Source: Octopus bimaculoides
Lineage: Eukaryota
Direction: 5' to 3'
Assembly (NCBI RefSeq): GCF_001194135.2
Contig: NC_068992.1
Span: 52,433,161-52,497,160 of the forward strand
Length of the DNA stretch: 64,000 nucleotides
The position numbers were made by a program, and so were the translations under genes. Positions 24,631 to 37,969 of this stretch are shown here, in pieces. Numbering within the stretch: position 1 is the stretch's first letter; each line of letters starts with the position of its first letter. The notes beneath the pieces were generated by a model. It searched no databases. It saw only the letters and a list, made by a program, of their open reading frames with translations, and was not told where the DNA came from.

Positions 24631-27139
24631 AAGAGAGTTCTGGCTCTTTGTATACTGAGTTCAAACCCTACCTAGATCAACAATGCTTTTTTTTTTATCT
24701 CCAATGTGAGTCAAATAAAGTACCAGTGTGATGGGTGGTAGAGTTGTTAGAATGACTGTTTAAAATACTTGCAGTGTTTTGTTCTGGTTCCTTCTGCTCA
24801 GAGCAGTAAAGAGTGGGATTAAATTAGCACCAACATTTTATTGATACTTGATTTAGACGCAGACATAGAACTTAAAAATTAAACACAAAGCTGACCTACA
24901 TGAAAAATATAACTCAATACCATGGAGTAGTAACCTAGACAGAGAGAAAGACAACATCCCAGTTAATCCTACTACATTTTGTATCAACCACTTCTCTTCT
25001 ATACATATAGTAGTAATAGTAATAAGCTGAGAATAATTCTTAAAGAGATTCCCACTATAGATTCCATTTCTTTGCACATACAATCAATTGCTAATGGCTA
25101 TTCAACATATGAATGGAAAATCTGTCAAACACACATGTAACATCATTGCATTATTACTTGTCTTTTACCTGGTTTCCATTTGATACTATGTTTTCAGGTT
25201 AAATAATTGTTCTGCATACATTTGGTCCCTACAGTTAAATTGTTAAACAGACCATTTATTATTGGTAATTTTTGTCATATATATTAAATACTACATTGCC
25301 CCTTCAGGTGGTCTTTGCTGCCATTATATTGTTTTAGAACGAGGAATTTTCTACCAATATAATTTGCTAGCATTTATAATGGTTGTTAGTTACTTAGTGA
25401 CATGTAAAACTGAAATGAGTGGAGTACTTGTTTGTCGGTGAAAGCATATGGCCTAGTCATCTATGCATTGATCACATAATCATAAATTCATAGTTTCAGT
25501 TCTCAGACTCGGTGGAATGCTGCCTTCTTATACAAAACACTTCATTTCTCTTGTTCCAGTTCACTCATCTGAAAACGAGTAGCAGCAACTGATGGAGGTT
25601 GACTCTGTGATTGATTGGCATCTCATTCTGATGTATGTGTGTATTGTTGGAGAATGGGAGGAGTAGTGTGTTCTCTCCATCACTTCTATCCCATGGAAAC
25701 TGGAATAAAATTTGTCCTAATGAACCTGAAAGTTTGCAACAGACTCAAAATGTTTGTGACTCTGATCATAGGTTCAAATTATAAGCAGTCATCTTATTCC
25801 GCTTCTACACAGAATATATTAATCTATGTTGATAACTCTATCTGTGATCAGGCAGTATATAGTAAACAGAAACCTTGTCTTTTACTGGAGTTGAATATAT
25901 GAATTCCTGGAATAGACAAATATGCTAGATAATGCACATCTGGATGAAAATGTCTTACTAAGAATATCTACCTCAATGTGTTTTATTTTTTTTGTATATC
26001 ATTCTTCAGTAAAGATTTGTGTTGCAGCCTCAAATAATAAATAATTTTAGGAATATATGTGAATCATTTCTTATAAAAATACCTTGCTAAGATTCATTAT
26101 GGTATTTTCCATCAAATATATATAGAGAGAGTCTGCATCAGTTAAGATGTGCTGTAACTCTGCACATGTATACTCAGACCTTTACTTTCATTTTTACTTG
26201 TTTCACTCATTTGGCTGTGGCCATGCTGGGGCACCACCTTGAAGAATTGTAGTCTAACAAATTGATCCCAGTACCTACTTTTATTTTCTTTTTCCAATAT
26301 CTTCAAGAAACATTGACAATTACTTTGTCCTCTGCATTCCATCAAGGTTTACCTGAATCAATGACAACCCACTTGAACTGAAACAGTTTGTAGCTCTAGT
26401 ATCATTGCAGGCAATGTTGGCCGCAATGCCAGGACAGATATTGCAAGGACAGATGTATTTCTTGACCTGAGAGATTCACCAAACTGCCACCACAACTTAC
26501 TAAATTTTTATTAATTCCAGAAGAACGACAGGCAAAGTTGATCTTGGCATGATCTGAACTCATCCAAAGAAGAACCACAGCAAATATCATGACATATCCT
26601 GTACTCTAACGACTCAATCACATCTCTAGAGTACACGAGTGTCTTATTACCCAGTATGTATGATCTGAAGAAGTTGATCCGATGTTGGACATTTTGAGGT
26701 AATTTTCCTCAATGACAGTTTAACTTTGTCACATATAAACTTGTCCATTTTTGGCATATTTATCCATTCCAAAAAGTCTTATATACAACTAATTTTTCTG
26801 CTAATTATAGAGGGCGTTAGTCATATTACAGCTTGTTCTGATAGATTCAGCTCTTTAAACAACATGGGCAGTGGTAAAAGACTTGCTGAAGATGAAATTA
26901 ATTCATATTTCTTTTATATCTTATATTACAGTTTGCCTTTCTGTCTTTTTTTTATTTATTTGTCTGCTGTTAAAACATGCACAGCCATTGAGTGGTTCAT
27001 TTTTTTTAAAGTCTATAAGAATTAAGTATCCTATTTGGAAATGAATAAAGGTTAGCAACAGGAAGAGCATCCGACTGCAAGAAAACGTGCATCAATAAAT
27101 TTTTATCTAACTCATGTCTGATTCCTGTAAATATGGACA

Positions 27140-27456
27140 TTAAAATGATGATGGTGAAGATGATGACTATGATGATGATGATTATGAGGAGGAAGAGGAG
27201 GAAGAGGAGGAGGAGGAGTTGGTAGAGGAGGAGGAGGAGGAGTTGGTGGAGGAGGAGCAGGAGGAGGAGGATATAGATATTCCTTTATTTTCTTGCACCA
27301 ATCATATAGAGCTATTGATACAGATGCTGCTAACTGCTAAATACTTCTGCTGCTGTTGCTGCTGTTGCTGCCACTGCTGCCAACATTCAAGACCACCACC
27401 ATGATCCCCCACTTCCACCACCACCACCACCACTACCACCACCACAACTACTACTG

Positions 27457-27487
<31 letters not shown>

Positions 27488-27619
27488 ACACTCATATTTC
27501 TACTCATTTATATACCTATACACTCACACTTCAAAAAAACGTATACATACAGATTTAAGTATATATTCTGTTGCCGTAATAGTTACACACCACCACCACC
27601 ACCACCACCACCGCCAAAA

Positions 27620-27651
<32 letters not shown>

Positions 27652-27660
27652 GTACCAATA
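27140..27660. repeat. Compound (GAT)(GAG)(GCT)(CAC)(TAC)(CAT) microsatellite cluster
   Basis: Directly visible. Confidence 0.9.
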
Positions 27661-28034
27661 GAGAAAGCACTCATTTAACAGACATTAAGTAATTCTGACA
27701 TAGGACACTGACCCAAGAATCATACAAGGTTTGGTCGCACTTCTCTTATTCCTAAATTTTTCATCAACAGATTTTTGATGGAATTTACTGTCATAATACT
27801 TGTCACATTTTTGATCGTTTACATGGGAGGTAACAGTAGATCTCTGACCCTGTTACCAATTCTATTTGTCCTTCGTTGTGAAACAGAGTGCAAGTTTAAT
27901 TCAGTGTAACCTACATATGCTATTTATATCTATTTTGGCATGTTTTTATTGATTTTTTTTTGGTTATACACATCAAACTATACTTAATGGTAAAATCTAA
28001 ACTAAATCTGAGAAAATATTTCTTGCTGAGAGTA

Positions 28035-28390
28035 TCATCATCATCATCGTTTAACGTCCGCTTTCCATGCTAGCATGGGTTGGACGATTTGACTGAGGAC
28101 TGGTGAACCTTATGGCTACACCAGGTTACAATCTGATTTGGCAGAGTTTCTACAGCTGGATGTCCTTCCTAATGCCAACCACTTCGAGAGTGTAGTGGGT
28201 GCTTTTACATGCCACCGGCACGAAGGCCAGTCAGGCGGTACTGGCAACGGCCACACTCAAAATGGTGTATTTTACATGCCACCTGGACAGGAGCCAGTCC
28301 GGCAGCACTGGCAATGATTTCGCTCGAATGTCTTTACACATGCCACCAGCACAAGTGCCAGGAAGGCGACGCTGAGTACAGGTGCCATAT
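28035..28390 (-). mobile_element. RTE 3' end
   Basis: Reverse complement of the RTE tail, extending into the GCCAGTCAGGCGGTACTGGCAACGGCCAC region also seen at 2333-2594. Confidence 0.9.
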
Positions 28391-28496
28391 ATNNNNNNNN
28401 NNNNNNNNNNNNNNNNNNNNNNNNNNNNNNNNNNNNNNNNNNNNNNNNNNNNNNNNNNNNNNNNNNNNNNNNNNNNNNNNNNNNTATATATATATA

Positions 28497-28662
28497 ACTC
28501 TCTGAGTGGTTGGCGTTAGGAAGGGCATCCAGCTGTAGAAACTCTGCCAAATCAGACTGGAGCCTGGTGTTGCCATCCGGTTTCACCAGTCCTCAGTCAA
28601 ATCGTCCAACCCATGCTAGCATGGAAAGCGGACGTTAAACGATGATGATGATGATGATGATG
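28497..28662 (+). mobile_element. RTE 3' end, inverted relative to 28035-28200
   Basis: CTCTCTGAGTGGTTGGCGTTAGGAAGGGCATCC...GGACGTTAAAC(GAT)n. Confidence 0.9.
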
Positions 28663-29144
28663 ATATATATATACACACATATTGAAACCAATATTACATG
28701 TATGAATCAGCGAACCTCTAAATAGTCTCTCACTGTGTTTAGAAATAGCAACCAAATCTCCCTCAAATCGTTCTAGTGTCTTAGAACAGAACACCATGGA
28801 CACACTGTGTAATTTGTTTGAGTTTCTTGTACTTAGGAAAAATATGAAATATAGGTCATAAGGTCATAGCTGATATGTTTCTGATAACAGATCGGCTTGA
28901 TCAGAATTGGCTTGAGTGCCAAACATCAGTAACAATAACAAAAACAGCAACAGCAGTAACATCTTACTATTACAAACTCAAGTTTCTGTTGTTCTAAGGT
29001 GAATTTCATTATATTTTACTGCTTCCACATTTAATATTCTACATATGTTATTTACTGCTGTCACAGTCCCAATATATCTCCCATGATGAATTTGTGTTCT
29101 GCTTCCTTCTTCCGTTTCCTCCCCTATGAAAAACAGTTGAATAA

Positions 29145-29145
29145 T

Positions 29146-29180
<35 letters not shown>

Positions 29181-29537
29181 GATCATCATCATCATCAATA
29201 TCACCATCATCATCATCATCATCATCATCATTGCGATCATCATCAACAATGCTTTGTCAGTCATTGGCCTCGTCATCGATGTCAGCATTTTACTTTGGGG
29301 TCGTGTTTGTTTGTCATCGTTGTTGCCAGTGTCGACATTGTTGTTATTGTCACCATTGTGAGCATTAAAATCATCATTATTGTTGTTGTTGTCGTTGTCA
29401 ACACCGCCACCATCACCATCATCATCATCACCACCATCATCAGCATTATCGCTATCATCATCACCACCACCACCACTATCACCATCACCACCACCACCAC
29501 CACCATCATCATCATCACCACCACCATCATCATCATC

Positions 29538-29568
<31 letters not shown>

Positions 29569-29730
29569 CCATCATCATCATCATTATCATCACCATCATC
29601 ATCATCATCATCACCATCACCAACATTATCGCTATCATCCACCTCATCATCATTAACATCATTTTCATCATCATCATCATCATCATCATCATCGTTGTCA
29701 TCGTCATCGTCATTATCATCATCATCAACG
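29145..29730 (+). repeat. Compound (CAT/CAC)n array
   Basis: Directly visible; source of the poly-I, poly-D and poly-M pseudo-ORFs. Confidence 0.97.
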
Positions 29731-30502
29731 TCATCTTCTTTTGATATTGTTGTCTATCTTGCTGTTGTTATTGCCATCGTTTTTTTTTTTTTTATTGTTG
29801 CCATTGTCGTTAATAATGTAAGGTAGATTACATTGCTCATTCTTTGCAACTTCTTTCTTATTTTCAAAGCTAATTTAAATATCTATGAATGTGAATTGAA
29901 TTATATGAGAAATTCTGCCTTTAATGAGTCAAAATATGGTATATGTGCAAGCACGCGCACGCACACATCCCTCCACCCATATTCACATATGAACTCATCC
30001 ATACACACAAATGTACATACTCAAAGACATCTCATTGTTAAATCCAAAAAATAAAGTCTGAATGATTGAAGGATTCTTGCCTCAATAGATTTGTTGAACC
30101 GCTTGACCGGTAATAAAGATAAATGTTGCTGTCCACCTCCTCACCATCTTAGTAGTTGGTTTGTTTTTGTTCTTTTCTGAAATTTTCTTTTATAGGAGTT
30201 AGAATTAACTAATTAATTATTTAATATCAAGAACAAAATAGAAATGACAATTAAATATTCTGTATTGTGTACATGAATGTAAGTCCTTTCAACTGTCTGA
30301 CAATTACTTTTGACATTTATATTTCTCAAAATTCTAGCAAGTATTTGTCTTTCACTGTTTTTGTAATTTTGTAGACTACAAACATTTTCTTTAAATTTCA
30401 AAGTAATTTTTAACATTTACACCTACTCTCTATTGTGTCTGTTTTATGTATATAATACCTGTCATAATTTATGGGTATAATACCTGTCTAGACACTAACT
30501 AA

Positions 30503-30782
30503 GAATGGCTCATCCCATAAGTTCTGTCTGAATTTTGAATAAAGAAAACAAGTGATCAGATGTTATATTTAATTGAAATTTAATCATCAATGTACTTTCC
30601 CTGATTATCTATGACGTCCTTCCATCTATTTTCAAGCTTTTTAATCCCATCAATGTAAAACTCTTTTGGTTTCAAAGCGAAGAACTATGAAATGTTAGTT
30701 TCAACCTCCACCTGCCTTGCAAAAGCTATGTCCCCCAAATGATTCTGTAAACTGAGTCCACATTTGTAATATTTCTTGTCTC
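30503..30782 (-). mobile_element. Mariner transposase C-terminus and terminal repeat
   Basis: Minus strand reads NHLGDIAFARQVEVETNIS*FFALKPKEFYIDGIKKLENRWKDVIDNQGKYIDD*. TIR-like GGCTCATCCCATAAGTTCTGTCTGAA at ~30507-30532. The rest lies in a gap. Confidence 0.88.
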
Positions 30783-31381
30783 NNNNNNNNNNNNNNNNNN
30801 NNNNNNNNNNNNNNNNNNNNNNNNNNNNNNNNNNNNNNNNNNNNNNNNNNNNNNNNNNNNNNNNNNNNNNNNNNNNNNNNNNNNNNNNNNNNNNNNNNNN
30901 NNNNNNNNNNNNNNNNNNNNNNNNNNNNNNNNNNNNNNNNNNNNNNNNNNNNNNNNNNNNNNNNNNNNNNNNNNNNNNNNNNNNNNNNNNNNNNNNNNNN
31001 NNNNNNNNNNNNNNNNNNNNNNNNNNNNNNNNNNNNNNNNNNNNNNNNNNNNNNNNNNNNNNNNNNNNNNNNNNNNNNNNNNNNNNNNNNNNNNNNNNNN
31101 NNNNNNNNNNNNNNNNNNNNNNNNNNNNNNNNNNNNNNNNNNNNNNNNNNNNNNNNNNNNNNNNNNNNNNNNNNNNNNNNNNNNNNNNNNNNNNNNNNNN
31201 NNNNNNNNNNNNNNNNNNNNNNNNNNNNNNNNNNNNNNNNNNNNNNNNNNNNNNNNNNNNNNNNNNNNNNNNNNNNNNNNNNNNNNNNNNNNNNNNNNNN
31301 NNNNNNNNNNNNNNNNNNNNNNNNNNNNNNNNNNNNNNNNNNNNNNNNNNNNNNNNAAAAATGAATGAATGAATGTTGTTT

Positions 31382-31554
31382 TCACAGCGACAATGCTCTT
31401 CTCAGTACATGACTCGTTCCAGTTAGCACGATTTTTTGCACTTCCTGTAGGGATGGTAAGCCTGGTATCATTTTCAAATAGGTTTCAGTACCTTTTTTTA
31501 TCATTCCTAGAGATCCAACAATCACTGGTATGGTAGTCACCTTGAGGTGCCACA

Positions 31555-31560
<6 letters not shown>
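31382..31560 (-). mobile_element. R4/Dong-clade RLE C-terminus
   Basis: KMWHLKVTTIPVIVGSLGMIKKGTETYLKMIPGLPSLQEVQKIVLTGTSHVLRRALSL*. The 5' truncation abuts a ~70-bp (TAA)n run. Confidence 0.9.
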
Positions 31561-31623
<63 letters not shown>

Positions 31624-32097
31624 CATTATTGTTATTATTCCTCCTCTTATACCTCTTCTCCCCTTCTTTCACCTTCCTTGTCGTCTCTTTTTCCTTTTGC
31701 TCCCTGATTCATTTTGCTGTTGTTCCTTGTCTTGATAATGTCTTTAATTTTTTTTCTTTGGTATTATGGTTTATTTTATGTCAATAATTTTCAAAATGCA
31801 AAATAATGATATTTTTCTGTTTTAATCTGTTTGCATTTAGCTCAAAGCATGAAAGCGGACTGTGTTTCTTTTAATTTTTCTCACTCATTAAATAAAAAAA
31901 GATTCCGGGCATTTTGAATAAGTGTCTTACATTAAATAACATTAAACACAATTATATCGGTGAAGCACATTCCATAAACGGGCAAAAACCTTAAATTTTG
32001 CACAAATAAGATACAGGCCAAAACGAAAAAAGTAAATAAAGTAAATAAATATATTATAAAAATAATATTCAAACATTTTGTGAAAAAATATTTCCAG

Positions 32098-32518
32098 GTG
32101 CAGGGGTGGCTGTGTGGTAAGTAGCTTGTTTACCAACCACATGGTTCCTGGTTCAGTCCCACTGTGTGGCACCTTTGGCAAGTGTCTTCTACTATAGCCT
32201 CAGGCCGACCAAAGCCTTGTGAGTGGATTTGGTAGACGGAAACTGAAAGAAGCTCATCATATATATGTATATATATGTATATATATGTATGTGTGCTTGT
32301 GTGTCTGTGTTTTTCCCCTCAACATCGCTTGACAAATGATGCTGGTGTATTTACGTCCCCGTCACTTAGTGGTTCGGCAAAAAGAGACCGATAGAATAAG
32401 TACTAGGCTTACAAAGAATAAGTCCTGGGGTCGATTTTCTCAACTAAAAGCAGTGCTCCAGCATGGCCGCAGTCAAATGATTGAAACAAGTAAAAGAGTA
32501 ATGAGTAAAGAGTAAAGA
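32098..32518 (+). mobile_element. SINE family B, full length
   Basis: GGTGCAGGGGTGGCTGTGTGGTAAG head, internal (TA)/(TG) tract, (GAGTAAA)n tail. Confidence 0.92.
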
Positions 32519-32538
32519 GTGGTTTTAGAATAAATGTT

Positions 32539-33100
32539 ATGAATGATGACAGTTGCATCAGGAAGTGCCAGGCTCTGCATGTGGAGGGAACATATGGAAG
32601 GGTTAGACCCAGGAAGATGCTGGATGTAGTGGTGCAAGAGGATCTTCAGATGGTGGGCCTCACAGAAGAGATAACAGGGGACCAAGACTTCTGGCAGTTT
32701 GCTGTGCTCAAGAAAACACAACAGGCTAAGTAAATACCAGGTTGTCCTTATACACAGGCATGTCTCCTGCATCAGTCTTCAGCTGAGGGTTCCTGATCTT
32801 CCAGGCTTGTGGGTGCTGGTGCCACAAAAAGAAATAAAAAGCACCAGTACCGGTGCCATATAAAAGCACTCATGTCAGTGCTGCGTGAAGGCACACAGTA
32901 CACACTGTAAAGTGGTTGGCATTAGGAAGGGCTTCCAGCTGTAGAAACCATGCCGAAACAGACACGAGCCCTAGGCAACTCTCTCCAGCTGACTAACTCC
33001 TATCAAACTGCCCAACCCATGCTGGCATGGAAAAAGGATATTAAATGATGATGATGATGATGATGGTGATGGTGATGATGATGATGATGATGATGATGAA
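32539..33100 (+). mobile_element. RTE-clade LINE ORF C-terminus and 3' UTR
   Basis: MNDDSCIRKCQALHVEGTYGRVRPRKMLDVVVQEDLQMVGLTEEITGDQDFWQFAVLKKTQQAK* (VEG..RGRPRK.W motif of RTE ORF ends), then the GGAAGGGC(A)TCCAGC tail and (GAT)n. Confidence 0.88.
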
Positions 33101-33418
33101 TTTGATGAGTTGCATAAAAGCAACACTACACATATGCAAACGGTTTCTTTGTCACTTGAAAAACCAGGGAAAAGGCTAGTAGTTGGCAACAACAAGTAAA
33201 TATTTAATATGAATGAACTGGTTGTAAAAAAGACATTTTGACACAAAACCGAAGAAAAAAATATAAATAAAACAACAAAGTGACATTTGTTTCTACCAGA
33301 CATTTTTTTAATTCAAATAAATGATGAATTCTAAGTGACTTTCAAATGTATTACAAAATTGATTTGATTTTGTTCCAACACCGTAGTGGGTATATTCAGA
33401 GATATCAACAGGTCAAAC

Positions 33419-33471
33419 CTGAGAACTGAGCAAGCTTTATAAGAAGCAAAAGTCCAACCAAAACCATTTAA
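33419..33471 (-). CDS. Candidate first coding exon with signal-peptide-like start
   Basis: CCAG|TTAA-ATG, MVLVGLLLLIKLAQFS(G), donor CAG|GTTTGA. Both splice sites are only moderate. Confidence 0.2.
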
Positions 33472-33564
33472 CTGGATTTTATAGATGGGAAGTGAAAGAA
33501 ACTTGTTCACTACAAGCATGTGCACGTATGCACATATACACATATGCACACATATTTGTATGTA

Positions 33565-34360
33565 TTAGGTTGTCAAGAAAGTTCTTGCGGAATTTTTAAT
33601 TTTGGCTTTAAATGATGTATTTTCAAATTAAGTTTTGTTAAATTACTTTGACTTTATATATCATTTTAAAGCCCGTTTCTTGCTCTATCTAATCGTGTTA
33701 CTCTTTTTCTTTTTTAATAATTAGGCCATTTTTTCCGGAATGTTGAATACAATATGGACAAAATGCAAATTCGCACAATTTTCTTATTCCAGTTCAAGCT
33801 CATGATATCAACGATATCATGAGCTAATGAACGTACAGCACAATGGTGGTTCAAGAAATTTCGTAGCAGTGACGAGAGTCTTGAAGATGATAAGCGTAGT
33901 GGTCGGCCATCGGATGTTGACAACGATCAACTAAGAGCCTTAGTCAAAACCAATCCATGCACAACTGTTCAAGTGCTTGATTCTGAATTAGACGTAATGT
34001 ATACGACAGTTTCCTACCACTTGAAAGAGATTGGAAAAACAAAAATACTAGAGAAATGGGTGCCGCACGAATTGAACAACAACCAAAAAAATGCCATTTT
34101 GAAGTGTCGTCTTCCCTTCTTTTACACAACAAAAATGACACATTTCTCGACCGGATTATGACTTGTAATGAAAAGTGGATTCTTTACAAAAACCAGCAAT
34201 GCTCAGCTCAGTGGTTGGATGCCGACGAAGCTCCACAGCCCTTCCCGAAGCCAAAGTTGCATTAAAAGAAGGTCATGGTGACTGTTTGGTGGTCTGCAGC
34301 CGGTCTCATCATCCATCACAGCTTTTTTTGTATCCAGGCGAAACCATTACGGCGGAGAAT
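33565..34360 (+). pseudogene. Mariner transposase pseudogene (SETMAR/Hsmar1-like)
   Basis: TA-TTAGGTTG TIR and ATG at 33754. Frames MDKMQIRTIFLFQFK, ERTAQWWFKKFRSSDESLEDDKRSGRPS, KWVPHEL, FLDRIMTCNEKWILY and KKVMVTVWWS, with frameshifts and a stop. The 3' part lies in a gap. Confidence 0.93.
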
Positions 34361-35237
34361 AAAAGAATATATATATATATACATTATATATNNNNNNNNN
34401 NNNNNNNNNNNNNNNNNNNNNNNNNNNNNNNNNNNNNNNNNNNNNNNNNNNNNNNNNNNNNNNNNNNNNNNNNNNNNNNNNNNNNNNNNNNNNNNNNNNN
34501 NNNNNNNNNNNNNNNNNNNNNNNNNNNNNNNNNNNNNNNNNNNNNNNNNNNNNNNNNNNNNNNNNNNNNNNNNNNNNNNNNNNNNNNNNNNNNNNNNNNN
34601 NNNNNNNNNNNNNNNNNNNNNNNNNNNNNNNNNNNNNNNNNNNNNNNNNNNNNNNNNNNNNNNNNNNNNNNNNNNNNNNNNNNNNNNNNNNNNNNNNNNN
34701 NNNNNNNNNNNNNNNNNNNNNNNNNNNNNNNNNNNNNNNNNNNNNNNNNNNNNNNNNNNNNNNNNNNNNNNNNNNNNNNNNNNNNNNNNNNNNNNNNNNN
34801 NNNNNNNNNNNNNNNNNNNNNNNNNNNNNNNNNNNNNNNNNNNNNNNNNNNNNNNNNNNNNNNNNNNNNNNNNNNNNNNNNNNNNNNNNNNNNNNNNNNN
34901 NNNNNNNNNNNNNNNNNNNNNNNNNNNNNNNNNNNNNNNNNNNNNNNNNNNNNNNNNNNNNNNNNNNNNNNNNNNNNNNNNNNNNNNNNNNNNNNNNNNN
35001 NNNNNNNNNNNNNNNNNNNNNNNNNNNNNNNNNNNNNNNNNNNNNNNNNNNNNNNNNNNNNNNNNNNNNNNNNNNNNNNNNNNNNNNNNNNNNNNNNNNN
35101 NNNNNNNNNNNNNNNNNNNNNNNNNNNNNNNNNNNNNNNNNNNNNNNNNNNNNNNNNNNNNNNNNNNNNNNNNNNNNNNNNNNNNNNNNNNNNNNNNNNN
35201 NNNNNNNNNNNNNNNNNNNNNNNNNNNNNNNNNNNNN

Positions 35238-35283
<46 letters not shown>

Positions 35284-36324
35284 TATATGTATATATATAA
35301 ATATATATATATTTTTATATATATATACATGCATATGTACATACAAATATATATGTACACACACACGCACATATATATACAAGTACATATATGTATGACT
35401 GTGTTTCTATTAAGTTAGATAAAGTTTGATCCTCTCTACTGTCATCTCAAAGCTGTCTGAGGTTATGGAAGGTTATTATTTCAAATTAAATCCTATTGAG
35501 AGAACAGTCACGCTCAAATCTATGACACCTCTCAATCTAATAATTAATCAACTAACAGCAGTATTTCCCTCTATTCCTCTCTATTAAAGTTTAGTATCTG
35601 CTCAAACATACACATGCATGCACATTTTATATTAGCTTGTTTTTTTCTAATGTCGATAAAAAGCTTAGAATATTTCTAGGTATAGTTTTAATCACTTCTG
35701 TGTATCAAGTTTAGAAACTATTTAATGAAAAAGAACAACTAAGAAATTACTTATGTAGTGAAGGATTGAGTAAATTCTCTATTAGCACAATGGAAAATGT
35801 CTGGCATTGTTGAGAGCAGGAAATGATTGATAACAAAATTTACTGATAGTATCGTTACAGCATCATAGAAAATATCTTGCAGTATTTATTATGCCTCTTT
35901 ATGTTTAGAGTTCAAATTCTTCCAAAGCCAAATTTAGCCTTTATTCTTCCAGTTTTGATAAATTATGGTAGCATCAAGCAACTGGGATCAATTTAAATGT
36001 CTCACCCCATCTGCTACTAATAACTTTATCTATTATGGGATAGAAAGCCAGATATTTCAGTGCAACTGTTTGTTGATTAAATCAACCACAGCATTTATCT
36101 GTTGCTTTCTTAAGGTACTGAATGACATGTAAAATGATGATCTGCATGTTAAGTACTGATATCTCTTGGTAAAATTAATAATGAGTATACTAATTAGTGA
36201 AAGCACGTGGCTTAGTGGTTAGCGTATTGGACTCACGATCATGGCTGCATAGCTCAAGCATCCCTCCAAGGGGTTAAGGGACTTGTCAATTGTCAATACT
36301 AATCACTGTTATATGTCAAATGTG

Positions 36325-36712
36325 GAGGCGCAATGGCCCAGTGGTTAGGGCAGCAGACTAGCAGTCATAGGATCGCGGTTTCGATTCCCAGACCGGGCGT
36401 TGTGAGTGTTTATTGAGCGAAAACACCTAAAGCTCCACGAGGCTCCGGCAGGGGATGGTGGCGAACCCTGCTGTACTCTTTTACCACAACTTTCTCTCAC
36501 TCTTACTTTAGGTTTCTGTTATGCCTGTAATTCAAAGGGTCAGCCTTGTCACACTGTGTCACGCTGAATCTCTCCGAGAACTACATTAAGGGTACATGTT
36601 TCTGTGGAGTGCTCAGCCACTTGCATGTTAATTTCACGAGCAGGCTGTTCTGTTGATCGGATCAAGTGAAACCCTTGACGGCGTAAGCAACAGAGTGCCA
36701 ACAACGACAACA
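36325..36712 (+). mobile_element. SINE family A, full length
   Basis: GGAGGCGCAATGGCCCAGTGGTTAGGGCAG...GGTTTCGATTCCCAG head and (CAA)n tail. Confidence 0.93.
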
Positions 36713-37392
36713 ACATATATGTCAAATAAAAGGCATTGACAACACACTCGATTTATTAGTATCAATGTTTTGACTTCATTTGTTAGGAGTATTCCTAAAT
36801 TTATAGCCTGGGTAAAGGGCAGGGTTTTTGTGAATGTATAGTTTTTCCAGTTAAAGTATGCCATGCTGGAAATAATATAGTATTAGTAAAGATAAAACCA
36901 GAATGCTGTTGACATTAAAATATTTGTGATACTTCTGGATTCATGGGGAATGATGTAGATATATCCGAGTTGAGTAGAGGATTGAACCTGGTTACTTTCT
37001 TCTTTTCATTTCTCATTGGCCATGGAGATGTGTAGACGATCCGCAATATACATTAAACACTTCTCTATTGCTTTATTATAATGGGAGGTGGCTTTCTGAA
37101 GATCTCATAGAGATTCTTGTGATTAAATCTCAAAATATTGCTGGGGAGTGGGGGCAGGAGTTTCCATGGATGGAACTAATGTCCTCGTTAGAATTTCTGT
37201 AGTAATGATATATGCCCTTCCTGAGGTCTATGGTTATACCCAGAAAGTCAGCCTGAGTTAAGCTATTAGTGTTCGTTTGATTTTATGTGTACACATACAT
37301 AAAATACCAGTTTTTCAACACACACATTAAAATATCACTCATGCTCACTCTCCCGACACACTTACACAAACACATATATTTATATATTTATA

Positions 37393-37969
37393 CAGGGTGC
37401 GATGGATAAATTGCCACCATTTTATATTTTTAATTTCATACATGCGCATTGTTTTGATTTTGTCAACTACTCTGTATAGTAGGGTCAGTTGGACACCATC
37501 TGTGAGAAAACAGCATCATAATGCAAGTCAGTCTGCCATAGATTTGGAAACGACATGCTGTACTGCTTGGCATGCATGCCAGAAGCTCCAATAAAAGCAT
37601 TTGAGAGTGCTTGGATGTCAATCTGAGGACAGTGCAGAGGATTCAGAATGAGTTGGATGAGTCTAATGGTGATTACAAAGGTACAGCAGCTCGGAAAACT
37701 CGCTCTCATCATTCTGATAAGAAAAGAACTCCATTCATCTTCCCACACGCCCTCAGACTCAACACAGAGACCTATGTCAAGTACCTGGAGGAGGTAGTAC
37801 TGCCCTGAGTCAAGACAGTGGCTGCTGGAAGATTCTATGTCTGGCAACAAGACTCTGCACCATGCCACACAATCAGGACAACCCAATTATTATGTGTGGG
37901 GTGCAGTTGAACAAGAGACGAACAAAACTCCTTGTAACACCAAAGATGGACTGAAGGCAAGGATTATGA
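37393..37969 (+). mobile_element. maT/DD37D-type Tc1-mariner relic with internal deletions
   Basis: TA-CAGGGTGCGATGG terminus. Frames NLRTVQRI, PFIFPHALRLNTETYVKYLEEVVLP*V, YVWQQDSAPCHT and YYVWGAVEQETNKTPCNTKDGLKARI; the WPPxSPDLNP block is missing. Confidence 0.85.
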
